A stretch of 64,000 nt of DNA from Marsupella aquatica (taxonomy: Eukaryota; Plantae; Marchantiophyta), in assembly GCA_973895155.1 (NCBI GenBank), contig OZ316899.1, forward strand, positions 12,306,834-12,370,833. Reading direction: 5' to 3'. The position numbers and the translations under genes are program-made. The notes beneath the pieces are model-generated. The model had not been told where the DNA came from, did not search any database, and saw only the letters and a program-made list of their open reading frames with translations. How positions within the stretch are numbered: the first letter of the stretch is position 1; each line of letters opens with the position of its first letter. Positions 48,601-61,300 of the stretch are shown here, piece by piece.

Positions 48601-50244
48601 CGCCCTCTCCCTTCTCTAGGTCTCCACCATGGCCCAGTTGTTGGCTGCTATGTGGGCCTCCTCTGCGTCTCTCAGATCTTGCTTCCACTTCTCCTTCTCC
48701 TTGATCGTATCGGCCAACTCTCCTTGGGTCCGAGTCAGTTTATCCTTGATAATCTGATTATTAGACTGCGCGGTATCCAATTGCCCCTGCATGATGTTTA
48801 GCTCATGCCGCTTAATCCGCAGCTCATCTTGGGCTTTCTTGGTCGCCTTCAGGTCTTCTACCTCGGCTTCCCTTGCCCTAAGCCGACGGATGACCTTGTC
48901 CTTCTTGCTTCTCTCCAAAGCCCCCGCTTCTTTTAATCGGTGCTTCTCCAACATCTCCCTCTGGAAAAAGGGTCCCTACTCCAACTCCTCCCCAAAGATG
49001 CTGAGCGCAAGTTCCCTACACATCTCCTCGTACTCCATGGCTCTTTCTTTAGCATAGGCGGAGTGAGTAGAAGTCATCGACATCAACCATTGCGGCCTTT
49101 GTTCCCAAGCCGCCTTGCGGATTTCTTCTATCGTGGCTGGAGAGCTGCTTTGTTTTTCTGCAAGCCGCCTGATGTGCTCTGGCCATTCTCCCCCTGGTAA
49201 ATCTTTCTCCCTAGCCAGGGCTGCCTTCTCTTCCTCCCTGAGTTGCTCCTGAAACTCTTGTGCCATCTGTTTTATGCCGTCAAAGCTCGGGGGAGCGATA
49301 TCTGGTGGGGGAGACTCGGGGCTGCTCTGTTGGGTGGGGTCCCCTCAAACTACTCTTGGAAGAGTGGGGATGAACTTGCCACAGGTCCTTACTCCTGGAG
49401 CATGATGGTCCGACCCGTAGCCGGAGTCATCATGTTCGTAGCCTTCTATCGCCTCCTCTACGGCTTGGACTACCGGCTCCCCCCGCTGCTCTCCTGGTTT
49501 TGCCGTGAACACGGCCTCACAGATCACGGGTCCTGGTTCCTCCGGCTTCCACGTTGATCTCTTCTTCTCCCTGTCGCGACCAGGAGCTTCGGGTTGTTTT
49601 TCCTCGGCTTTGGGACTTGAGGCTCCTACATACATTCGGACTCCCGACTCGTGTTCCGGCCTCCTTCTCTCCTTGACCCTGGTAAAGCGGTTTTCCCTGG
49701 TAATTGGCTTAGGCCGACTTTGGGACCAGTATTATGTACCGGTCCCGTTGCCGTTGTCGTTGCCGTTCTTCTTTCCTTCTCCAGCAATTTCAGCAGATTC
49801 TGCATGCCTGGTTGCTGCATCGGCAAGTCCTCCTTCCTCGGCCTAAACACCTGCTCGATTGTAGGACTGTCGGGCTGGGTCGGTTTCTCTGTTGCCAACC
49901 TTGGTTCCGGAACCTCCTCTGGTGCTCTTGCCTGCAAGGGAAGTACCGGGGCAAATATCTGACTTTGGGCATACCGGCACAACAACAGCATATGATAGCC
50001 AAGCTGGGACACGCTTCCCTTGCCGATCACCTGCTGTTCCTCCTTCAAGATTTTCTTCAATTGGGTGAGGGAGGAGGTATCCGTTGTAATCCCGACTGGG
50101 GTCTGGCCTCTCCGCCAGGTAAACCTGTGCCTTGCCGATCTCTGGCCTTGGCAAGTTGTAGTGCATGGTTACCCGGAAGAAATCAATGATCTCTCCTATG
50201 TGCGAGTTGGTGCAGGTGTTTCGAAAGAAGCCATTCTTTGTTGA
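42671..50244 (-). mobile_element. Family A unit (outer; 42671-44057 and 48140-50244), 5'-truncated
   Basis: Terminus TGTGGTGCG at 42671; the ORF rejoins across the CCCCT TSD; homology ends at about 50244. Confidence 0.92.
44058..48134 (-). mobile_element. Family A unit (inner, 4077 bp) with both termini
   Basis: TGTGGTGC...GCATCACA; TSD CCCCT at 44053-44057 and 48135-48139; deletion of about 0.65 kb at about 44400; ORF pieces 46772..47872, 45730..46699 and 44344..45717. Confidence 0.96.
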
Positions 50245-50349
50245 ATACAACAATTACAAAATATGGGCTACAGGAAGTATATGAAGAGAATATATTTCAA
50301 AGTCATATGAAGAGATTGTAGAAATTCATTGTAGTAGTATGGAGTCTTA

Positions 50350-52208
50350 CATTCCAATAGGGCAACTTGTACAGACCAGTAGCCCTCTTCACTCCATGCA
50401 CCTTTATGGGGCATTTCTCATCCTCAACCTTGGTTCCTCCCTTCTTCAAGTATTATGTTGTCTCGTCTCCCACTTCTTTCTATCAGAGCTTGTCATTCTA
50501 CACGGTGCAGGTCAACTCTCAATTGCACCATCAAAGTATTGTGCACTGTCTGGTCTACAAAAAAGATGCCTTGCTGCTAACCATCGACGGTGGCCACTGT
50601 ACTCTAATTTCTGCAAGTGCTTAGAACCACGTGCCACACATTTTGGCCCACAGATGACACATCCTTTGTATCTAGAGTGTTGTTGTCCAGATATTAAACC
50701 ATATGCAGGGTAATCATTGATTGTCCACAATAGCACAGCCCTAAGGTTGAAGTGTTGAGACAATCCTGGGCGTGGCAATTTGTCAAAGCAGGGCACTCCT
50801 TTCTTCCACAACAGCTCCAGCTCCTCATAGAATGGACCCAATATTATGTCCAGCTGTTCCTCTGTTACTGAATCAGGTCCTGGAATCAGCATAGCTAGCA
50901 TGACAAAGAACTTCTTGGTGGTAAGCCAAGGAGGTAAATTGTAATTCAACAATAGTATTGGCCAGGTAGACCAAGCTGTGGAATTATTCCCAAAGGGATT
51001 CACCCCATCAAGTGCCAACCCAAATCGCACATTCCTTGGTTCAACTGCAAAGTTCCGATCAATATTTGTATCCACATGCTTCCAAACCTTCGAATCTGCT
51101 GCATGCCAAACCATGTTGTCTGTGCTTCTATTCTCATGATGCCAAGTCATGAGTTTAGATGTACCAGCAGTGGCATACAATCTCTTCAACCTGGGAATTA
51201 TAGGGAAATACCGCACCACCTTCCTTGCCTGTAATGAATTCCCCACTCCCTTCATCTTGGGCTGCTGACACACTGAACAGTTTTCTAACTTGGCATTCTC
51301 ACCCCTAAAGAGCATGCAACCTTTCTCACAAATAGGGATTCTCTCATAATCCAAGCCAAGCTTTCTCAATAGCTGCTTTGTAGCATATAAGTTCTTGGGC
51401 AGATTATGCTCTGCAGGCATACCATGCTCCCCCATCAAAGACAACAATGCATTCACTCCTTTGTTTGAGAATCCATGGCCATGACAGATGTTCAGTAGAA
51501 GCAACATGAATGACACAACATCTATTTTGTTGCCTGAGAACAAAGGTTGCATTGCTGCATCTAAAGATAACTGTGCAGGATCAGTCTCCACATGAGTTTT
51601 GGAGGTTTCAAGGGGGTTTACAGGATGGGCACCTCCTTCACTCTCATCATCCCCAAGTACAAAATCCAAGTCAAAACGGTCTTGATCATCTAGTTCATGC
51701 TCAGGGGATTCTTCACTGGTTCTCAACAACGTTTCTTCTAGTAGAGCCCTGATATGTTCTTCGACATCTATAGTTGGATGTTCTTGAACATCCACAGTTG
51801 GATACTCTGGAACATCTACAAATAAATGTTCTTCAACATCTACAGTTGGCTGTTGTGCACAGGTTGCCTGTTGAAGGTTTGCTACCCTCAATGCCTCAGG
51901 GCCATGTTGTGACATGTAGTCAGCACCCACTCTTCATTAGAAGAGTCTTGTCCCTCTCCCACCCACACTCGACATGCAGGGTACCGACCATGTTTAATAA
52001 GGTGCAGTCTAGCAGTATTCCGATTAGTCCTATAATTCCCTTTGCAGTTCACACAAGGGCAGTACATCTTATGGTCCCCACTCTTGTGGCAGGCCTTCTG
52101 TTCTTGAACCCACAGAGCATCATCATGATGTTGTACTCTAGCTGGATGGAAGAGCGACAACTTTGGAGTTCTACCCACACCTAACGTATTCTGTGGCAAT
52201 TGTGCCAT
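50350..52208 (-). pseudogene. CACTA/EnSpm TnpD (Tnp2, Transposase_21) N-terminal exon
   Basis: MYCPCVNC..RLHLIKHG; LGLDYERIPICEKGCMLF; YFPIIPRLKRLY; EPRNVRFGLALDGVNPF; STWPILLLNYNLPPWL; WTINDYPAYG; LYKLPYW followed by GT. Frameshifts near 51900 and 50500. Confidence 0.95.
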
Positions 52209-52804
52209 GCTAGCTTGATTGAAATTGTATTCAAACTATGATTTTCAAACTGAATCAGTGTGACATGCATACAAAATTGGGCCTACCATCACAGTTGTAC
52301 AACCGATGCCAACCACAGTCCAATTGCTCAAACCCACAGAGCCCAGTTTCTCAAATCCACTGTAGTGGGGCACCTTCTCCTTCTTGCATACAAATAGAGC
52401 ATCACATACAGTGTCATCAAAATGATACTATGAACATAAATCTCTGTGCCTTCATCATTTCCAGTATTTGTTTGCCTATTAGGAATGTGAGCAGACAGGT
52501 CTGGAATAAGTAACGTTTGTGACACCAGTGACAAATTTACAAGTGAAGTTTAGACATCAATATGGAGGAAAGTCACACTCAAAGCACATGCTTGAAAATC
52601 AGAATCCTACCCTGGAAAAGATAATAAAGTTGATTTCTCAAAATTAATTGCCTCAATCTGCAATGCACTGTTGTAGAGTGTGTATACATGAGGAGTTCAT
52701 CAGACTGCATATAAATAGTCCACATGTTTTAGCACTCTGAAAATTGTTTAAGTCCACGTGAAACCATCAAAAAGCTCTATCTCAAGTTTGTGTTCCAGCC
52801 TCAA

Positions 52805-53476
52805 TCAAATCCAAGATATGTGGCTCCTAGCAGGAGTGCCTAGTGTAGGGTCAATGTCATGGTCAGGACAGTAAAACATCCCCTTCTTGGGCTGCCCATG
52901 CGCTGAGTGATCCCAAATTGTTCGATCATCGGCAAATCCCCTCTGCTGGATAAACAGCAGGCAGTCCTTGTGCCATGCCTTAGGACACCTCATGCACTGA
53001 ACCAAAAAGCCATTAGCCCCATCATTGGGTCCCTGTCCACAAGTAAGACAAATATGGAGTCCACGTGATGTTGTGCCAGGAACCAAACACTGCCGACAGT
53101 AAAACCGGGCATAGAGAGGGTCTGGACATTTTCTTACCTCTTCACCAATTTTTCCAGACACATGGCACTTAAAGCAAGAATGTTCCTCATTCTTGCAATC
53201 AACACAAAGCCATTCTCCAACATGGCCATCAGCCAGGGATATAGTTGGGCATAGCCATTGCTAACCCAAAGGACAGGAAACATTCTTATGGAAATGTCGG
53301 TGACAAGGCCCATCACAAACAATGAGATCCCCTCCCTCATCACAAATCGCACATACATGTGGACTATTCTGGTTAATCTCAATGTTTGAATATAAGGACA
53401 ATTGAGGTGCTTGAGAGGATTCACCTCTGCAATGATTCATGGCCTTCTGCTTATTGCGAGCCATGGTCCTGCACAC
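52805..53476 (-). pseudogene. EDM2/NSD-like tandem PHD-finger ORF (224 codons, one internal TAG at 53261-53263)
   Basis: ORFs 53261..53476 and 52805..53161 are in the same frame: CAICDEGGDLIVCDGPCHRHFH..WLCVDC..HSCFKC..RFYCRQC..LHICLTC..QCMRCPKAWHKDCL..FYCPDHDIDPTLGTPARSHI. Confidence 0.85.
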
Positions 53477-56139
53477 TCAGACCCTACATCAGATTGTGAA
53501 ACACGAAGGAATAACAGGGTGCAGCATGACACAAAAGAATGAGGGTGCAACATAAAATATGGCATGTAACCACAAGGGTGCAACATAAACCAATGCTTTA
53601 TGGATGGCAAAGCACTAGGACTGAGCAGCGCAAATAACCTTGGCCTATGATTGGAAGCAATCACAAATATTGCAACCTGTATGCCTTTGCCTGCTGTCCA
53701 GCAGTGCTCACTCACCCTGCCTTTTTAAAATCTGTAAGGGCAACATAGAACAAATAGCAATTGAGTTTCAGCAAAGCATTGGTTCTCAAGTTTTAAAATG
53801 GACAGACTTGTTTCATTGCCTGCCTTGTGCGCAGCAGGCTAAGACCGATCAGGGCAAATTTATATATTCAAGTAGTGAGAGCTACAAATTTAAATTTGCT
53901 GGGACAGTTTTCCAGTTCTGGATCCTGCTGCGCTTTATATATAGCAGCAACCTGAATTTGTTTTTTATAGACCAGCTTTTGACCACGGCTACTACTTCAA
54001 AACAATCACACAATCAAATCATGACAAATGATAAATGCAACAACTAGCAAAGGAGAAAAATGCAGTGGCCCTGAAGTAAACCTGGGTCAAGGCTGTGAAT
54101 AAAGTTCTCACCTTGTCCCTGCATAGGATCGGGAAATTCTACCCAGAGTCTAAAGCGGGAGATAACCAGGCGATGATCCATCCCAAGTTGCGTCAGGTCT
54201 AGGAAGGTTAGTACTCTCCTAACGTGACAAGACTTCTTCTGGATCATTCTCTGTAACAAAATTTATTCGTTTGAAGTAAAAGACTGAAATCATTTGATGG
54301 CAAATTCTCCCCTTAGTTAATCAAACCTCGCTTGGGGTGGACAGATTTTGCTAGAACTAGCGATAAAGCTTGTTCAAGATAGTTAAATTTCTTAGGTCTT
54401 TCTGAACGAGGACTTTTCCAGCACACTCAAAAAAGATTGGCAAAACATCAGGCTGACTTTCATGGTCAGACACTGCCAATAAAGTTTTCAACACAACAAA
54501 CAGAGCAAACATTGCCAAAAGAATTTTTGGGTACAAGGGTGCTGCATCCTGATTTGCCTAAACTCCATGAACTTACTAGCAGATTCTTATTGTTCAATTA
54601 GGCAGCATTAAACAGACCAGCCTTCCACTCAGGCAGAAACAATCCTGGCCCACTCAGGCATTAAATAGGGTCGAGCCAAAAACTTTTGGCATCAGCCGCA
54701 TAAACACCAAATGTTGCCAATGCTAACACGATGAAATACTGGAAGAGATAGAAAAAGATACAGCAGCATTTGAGGCAATAATTGCCAGACAACAAAAAGA
54801 CAACACAATAACTTATCAAAACTGAACACAGCAGACACAAAAAATTTATGCTAAGGAAGAACTACAGGAGACATACACAAAGTGGGCGCAGTTACATCCG
54901 TAGGATGGCATTCACCATGGGTTGGTTGGCTACATTTAATCACGAGCTCATTTTACCAGACAGAGGCCCAGGTCCCTATTTACTCTTCTCGTACAAGGGC
55001 ATTATGTTCCACAGGTCCCTGAAGTGCTCATTAGCGATCTATGAGGTATAATCATCTCTCTTGCTTGGACTGTAGGCAATATATTGATCAGAATGATGAC
55101 ACGGTTGCTAAGGAAGGGAGATCCTCAGACCACAACAGAAGTTTAATGTTCCACTATAACAAAATCAGAAATCAGAAATCAGCAAATCAATAGCAGACAA
55201 AAAGGAACACTGTCATTTGGAGACAGTAAGCTTTATTTTCTTTTTGCAATTATAAGCTTGAGGTGTATGGTGTTCAATTGTTCTGCAGGGCGGTCCTCGC
55301 ACGAATAGTTTTTAAGACTAATAACATTCAATCTGTCTGGATCCTTTAAGACAACACATATATTGCAGGCACATGTAAAGCTCCATGAACATTGAGACAA
55401 GGTCGGAAAGAGGGTCCAGGTTGTGATTAAGACAAAAAAAACAGAGAGAAACCCCAACTCCAACCATCGCATGATCACACATGCGCTTACCCTTAAAGCC
55501 CAAACTTGCTCCCACAAATGGAAGTCCTTAGTTCCTCCCACCACCGTCCGACAATGGCTGTTGCACTGCAAAGACAGTGCAATGAAGCTCCCACTTCCAA
55601 CAATGGACAGCTACCGTAGCTCCTCAGCTCCCGCAGCTCCTCAACTCCCGTAAGTCCTCCACTCTGGAACCTCCTATAGTTGATTGCCGATTGCAGCTCG
55701 TCCTCACCCGCTCCTCACCACTCCTCAATCACCAGTAGCTTGTTGCCGATTGCAGGTTGTCACGGATTGCCTTGAGCCCTTGAACTCCCGCAGCTCCTTC
55801 CGTGACGGCAGCTCAGTGATAATCTTAGCTGTGCAACCCAAGCCTTGAGCATGCCTCATGCCTCATCTGACCAAGCTACCAAGGCACAATGCAGCCAGGA
55901 ACGATGGCCATGTAATCCGCGTGAGGGGGCCGTCGACGCTACGCAACCCTCACCAATGTGCCAAGCACCCTGAAGCAACGAGCGCTCAGTAACGTGGTGT
56001 GCCAAGAAAGCCAAACATTGAACGTCAAGTCTTGACGGAAGCACAGAGGGGAGGGAGCAGGCGCATGCGCAAGTAAAAGGAACAAATGGATGTGCTTATG
56101 ATGATAACCTAGGCACTTGGGACCGCGCGCAAAACTCCC

Positions 56140-56690
56140 CTACATTGAACTCCCCACCTCCTAGCAACGAGACCTCACCTCTGCTCAGCTCACCTCTGGG
56201 AAAAAATCAAGCTACAACCGGAAATGTAGCAGCGAATGCGGAGCACACAAACGACATAGCACAAAATGTGGCAAGCAAAGGATCATAGTAGCGTATTGGA
56301 GCATTACCTGTGACCTCCGCCTTGAACTTGCAAGCAGCAGCTTGCGCTCTGTTGCCCCCCACACACTGAAAAAAGCACACTGAAAAAAGCGCAGGCTCCC
56401 GGGGCAGGCTCACAGTGAAAAGAGTCGCAGACCCAATTGAAGCTCCTCCCCAACAAGTCTTCTTTGACCGCGCAGCACACTTCTCCGCCAACTCGCAGCA
56501 CAATGAACAGAAATGGCAACTAAAAAACCCTTGCAGCCCGGATGGGTCGGAGCTCCACGGAGGCTTGCAATGTGCACACAAAGGTGCTCCAAGAAATGAG
56601 CACATTCAACAAAAGACTCAATGTTTTTTCAGGAAAGAGGGCTCCTGCAAATACGGGAGAACACCTGTGTGAGAGAAAGCATACCATTGG
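56140..56690 (+). pseudogene. Decayed ORF ending in a possible CCCH zinc finger
   Basis: CFFRKEGSCKYG, then after a 1-nt shift EHLCERKH (C-x7-C-x6-C-x3-H). Confidence 0.35.
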
Positions 56691-57999
56691 ATTGGCCTCG
56701 TCCGCTTCGTTCAAATGACCCAGAACGTCCGTTCAAATGACCCAAAACATACACCCTTCTTCTTGCTCCTTACTTCACACAAGAAGTGAAGTCCCCCCCC
56801 TAAGGCCCTAGGGAAGGCAAGGTTAAATTTAATTTCAGGCTCCCCCGAAAGGCCAACACACTTACCAAACCCCATAAGGCCAAGGCACTTACCAACATGA
56901 ATGACTTAACATCAATGGTCCCTTGCAAGTGCCAAGATGAGTAAAGTGTCCATATCTATACACCAATTTGGGCACTTTCCTTGAAACAAAACGGTTAAGA
57001 ATGTTAAGGACCAATGTTATATATAAAAAAAGGACCAATGTTATATATAAAAAAGGATGCCCATGATATAAAAGGTCCATTTGGACCAAGGGGAAACCTA
57101 TTTGGACCCTAAACCCATAACCCACCCCTCATTTAAACAAATTAATCCTTCATGGGAGGTGAGGATGTTGTGCATTACACTAGTGTAATTAACTATGCAA
57201 CGACCATGTTTTTTGGGTGATAGGTTATGTCCGCAGTCATATATGCATGCATCAATGACCTCCAATATGACAAGATTAATGGCTTCCAATATGACCGCAT
57301 GAATGACCCTAAACTTTTAGACTCAATGAGCTCCCTTGTAACTCCAAAGAGAACCCCCCCAATATGCTTTGAAATGACCACATTTCCTGTCATTTGGTAC
57401 TTTTGACCTCTAGTATGACAGCCAAGATGACCCTAATTTGAGGTGTTTGAATTAATGACACACCATTGTTCCAAAATGACCCAATGAAGATTACACTACC
57501 TCTAGGAGTGGCCCCTTACAATTCCTTTGCAATTTAATAGAAAATACCCTAAATCCAAATATCGGCAAAAACATGACATACATATATAGAAGGACGACAG
57601 CCTTCCACTAGTATTGCACTATATATCTCTTGGAGAGACAAAAACAATATTTCTTTGCCTTTGGATAGGATGGTATGCGTGATGGTGACACTTTTGGCAA
57701 ATCACTCCAAAGTTGTATGACTTGGGAGTGATTTTCCCAAAGTTCCATCATGCCTTAACAATACGCCAAAACACGACATCAAAGTGCTAATAGTGCAACT
57801 AGTGGTTGGAGAATAGTAAATATAGTATTTGGCACCTAGTGGAGGGGTTGCGAGCTCTATGTGGGGCCACATGGCACTCTAGGGCCCACCTTCAGCCCTT
57901 AGCCCCAAATTGGTCATTTATGCTTGTCTTCAATGACTGCACTAGGGACACCTCAAATGACCACAAATCCAGTCATTTGACTTATGTGACAGTCCATAT

Positions 58000-58191
58000 T
58001 GTTGTAATACAAATATTATCCCAAACACAATGGATAGGGAGACCTGAAAGGGTATGAATTAGTAGAAGGGAGATGAATAGGATCATAACTACCCTAACTA
58101 ACATTGTATATATATGACCATGAATTGGTCATACTTTAATTGGAGTTGTTGATGGATTGATTGAGATCTTGATAGAATTAATGTCACAACA
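58000..58191 (+). repeat. Copia 5' LTR
   Basis: TGTTGT...ACAACA. Confidence 0.98.
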
Positions 58192-58204
58192 CGTTATCAG
58201 CACC
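58192..58204 (+). promoter_or_regulatory. PBS complementary to the anticodon arm of tRNA-Ile (half-tRNA priming)
   Basis: CGTTATCAGCACC is the reverse complement of GGTGCT-GAT-AACG; no TGG start. Confidence 0.75.
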
Positions 58205-58347
58205 TGATGCCTCAGATTTTTTTCTCGAGCTAAAAGAGACCAGACGCGTTGAACTCTGATAATTTCAATACACACCTATCCTCTGAAAGACAAACAATCG
58301 GGAAGACAGACAATTTCCTCTGAATCCCCCGAGCCACTTTATTATAC

Positions 58348-61300
58348 ATGGAGAAATTACAATTCCCAGTATTGAAGATCGATGGATCAAATTTCCTATC
58401 CTGGTCACAAAACGCCGAGATCGTCCTCAATGCGAAGGGACTCGGGGACATAATAATTGCAGATCACCATGGAAACCTACAGACCAAGGCTCAAGCCATA
58501 TTCATCCTTAGACATCACCTAGACCAAGACTTACAGGCCCAATATCTCGACGAATACAATCCGAGGGCGCTATGGGATGCACTCAAGCGGAGATACGACC
58601 ACCTCCGACTGATTTCCCTACCGGCAGCACGAAACGATTGGATACACCTCCGAGTCCTCGATCACCCAACAATAGCAAGCTACAACAGCGCACTATTCCG
58701 GATCACCTCCCAATTGAAGGTATGCGGACAACAAATCTTGGAAGCCGACCAGATAGAGAAGACGCTGTCGACCTTCCCTGCAGCAAACATGACATTAGCC
58801 CAACAGTATCGACAGATGCACTTCACCGAATACTCAGACCTCATTGCCGTAATGCTCCTGGCAGAGAAGAACGACCTACTCTTGATGCAAAACTCTAAAA
58901 CGAGACCACCAGGAACTATCCCGAAACTGGAAATACAATATAACTCCACAAAAGCGGCCGACACATTCAAAGGCAAGGGACGATTCCAGGGACACCACGC
59001 CAAACAATACCCACGATATACGAAGACCAGATTCCAGAGAGGACGATATAACAAACCCCCGATGACACAATCTCCACGAAGGAAGACCTCTTGGCAACGA
59101 GACCCCCAGAAACCACCCATCCAATGCTTTCGATGCGGCGGCCCCGGACATATCAAGCGCGACTGCCGAGCCCAACCACACTTAGTCAAATTATATCAGG
59201 CAAGCTTGCCCACAGCGCAAACAATGACGGTAGCAAACTACCTAGAAATCGATGCAGACCTCAGCAAGTATGTGAACTCTGAGCCACCCCCAGAGATACA
59301 TCTCGCCACAGATGAGAAATTGGCCCCCTCCCTCTCTGACGACAACATATGTATCCTGGACAGTGGCACATCACATACTATATTAAGAGACAAACGTTAC
59401 TTCCAAAAGATATCACCATCGAATCGGCTAGTGACGACCATAACGGGAACCAACAACTTAGAGGAAGGCCACGGCCCTGCAAGAATTCTACTCCCAAACA
59501 AAACACTGATCAACATACATTCTGCAATATACGCACCCAACGCGACCAGGAACCTATTGAGTTTTCAAGACGTCCACGAAAATGGCTACCAGATTCGCTC
59601 AACTTCAGGCCCAAATAATAACTCACTACAGATACTGACAGAAACTGGCGAAGACCCAATTATACATGAATCATTACCATACCACCCACCAGGACTATAT
59701 GCCACCCCGATACACACATACAAGGTGGAAGCAGAGACACCCACAATTACTGAGCTGTGGCACCGTCGCCTGGGCCACCCAGGCACCTCAATGTACCATC
59801 GAATTCTCAAGGACACCCGCGGAATACCCCATACGGTAAAGCCCACATCTATGAAGGAAATCTGCCCAGCATGCGCACAAGGAAAACTCCAGATCAGACC
59901 ATCAGCCTCGAAGACAGTACACAGGATCCCGGCGTTCCTCGAACAACTGAACATTGACGTATGTGGCCCCATCGACCCCCCAAGTGGACCCTTTCGATTC
60001 TTTTTAGTGATGATCTGCTCCTCAACAAAATGGTCCCAAGTATCACTTATCTCAACCCGTAACTTGGTCCTAGCGCGCCTACTTACTCAGATCCTCAGGC
60101 TGAGAGCGCAATTCCCGAACTCACCCATTCGCACAATCCGGATAGATAACGCCGGCGAGTTTACATCCCCGGCCTTCGACGATATCTGCACTACACTAGG
60201 TATAATAGTCCAATACTCAGTGGCTTACGTCCACTTTCAGAACGGCACGGCAGAATCATTCATTAAAAGCATACAAATGATCTCGAGACCAATGCTCATG
60301 CAGACAAAACTTCCCATTACAGCTTGGGGACACGCCATCCTGCATGGAGCGGAACTACTGAAATTCAGACCGTCAGCATTTAATTCATATTCACCATACC
60401 ACATGGCATACGGAACCATCCCAGATGTATCACACCTTAAGACATTCGGATGCTTAGTAATGGTTCCTATACTAGGCCCCAAGAGGACGAAGATGGGACC
60501 ACAGCGCCAGAACGGTATATATGTTGGATTTGATTCCCCCTCGATAATAAGATATCTAGAACCAACGACTGCGGACATATTCCGAGCAAGATACAATGAC
60601 TGTCAATTCCGCGAGGAGATATTCCCTACATTGAGCACCACCGACATACAAGACATACTCAAGCCTACCCAACTAAAGTGGCAAACTACGGACCAGTTTT
60701 GGAATGACCCCAGGACCAAATTAGCCAATGATGAAGTAAAACGCATATTACACCTGCATCAAATGATGGAGAAATTACCCGATGCCTTCAATGACGCCGC
60801 GAATGCAACCAAATCCCACATAGAGGCAGCAAATACCCCTGCCCGGATCTCCATCAACGAACGGCCAGCAACTGCAGCAGCACCCAAAGCAAAAAGAGGA
60901 CGCCCACCAGGTTCCAAGGATCGGACACTAAGGAACAAACGCCCAACTACTACCTTACTCTCAACTATACCGGAACCATGTGCCGACAATGAAGAAATTT
61001 CCCTGAACTATGCACACACAGGGAACGTCTGGATCCGCCAAGACACCGCGATTAATGAGAACTTTTCATTTCTCATATCAGAGACAATTTCCTCCGATCC
61101 AACCGAGCCACACACAGTCAGTGAAGCACGAAAACGAGACGATTGGCCCCTATGGGAAAAAGCCATAAATTCAGAAATCGACTCACTTATCTCCCGTCAG
61201 GTGTTTGGCAAACTTTGTCCAGCTCCACCCGACATGAACCTGACAGGATATAGAATTACACTGGTAAGAAAGCGTAACGCAAAAGGTGAAGTCATTAGAC

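Noticed and set aside
52805-53476. Bona fide host EDM2 gene
   Set aside because: Only the PHD block is present, ending at a stop with no downstream methyltransferase-like region; TnpD follows immediately.
53500-56100. Additional CACTA (TnpA) exons
   Set aside because: Short ORFs without recognisable motifs; cannot be supported without transcript data.
57174-57189. Palindrome ATTACACTAGTGTAAT (and CCACTAGTA near 57605) as the CACTA terminus
   Set aside because: Subterminal-type motifs continue beyond both sites, and no partner TIR or 3-bp TSD can be verified in the window.
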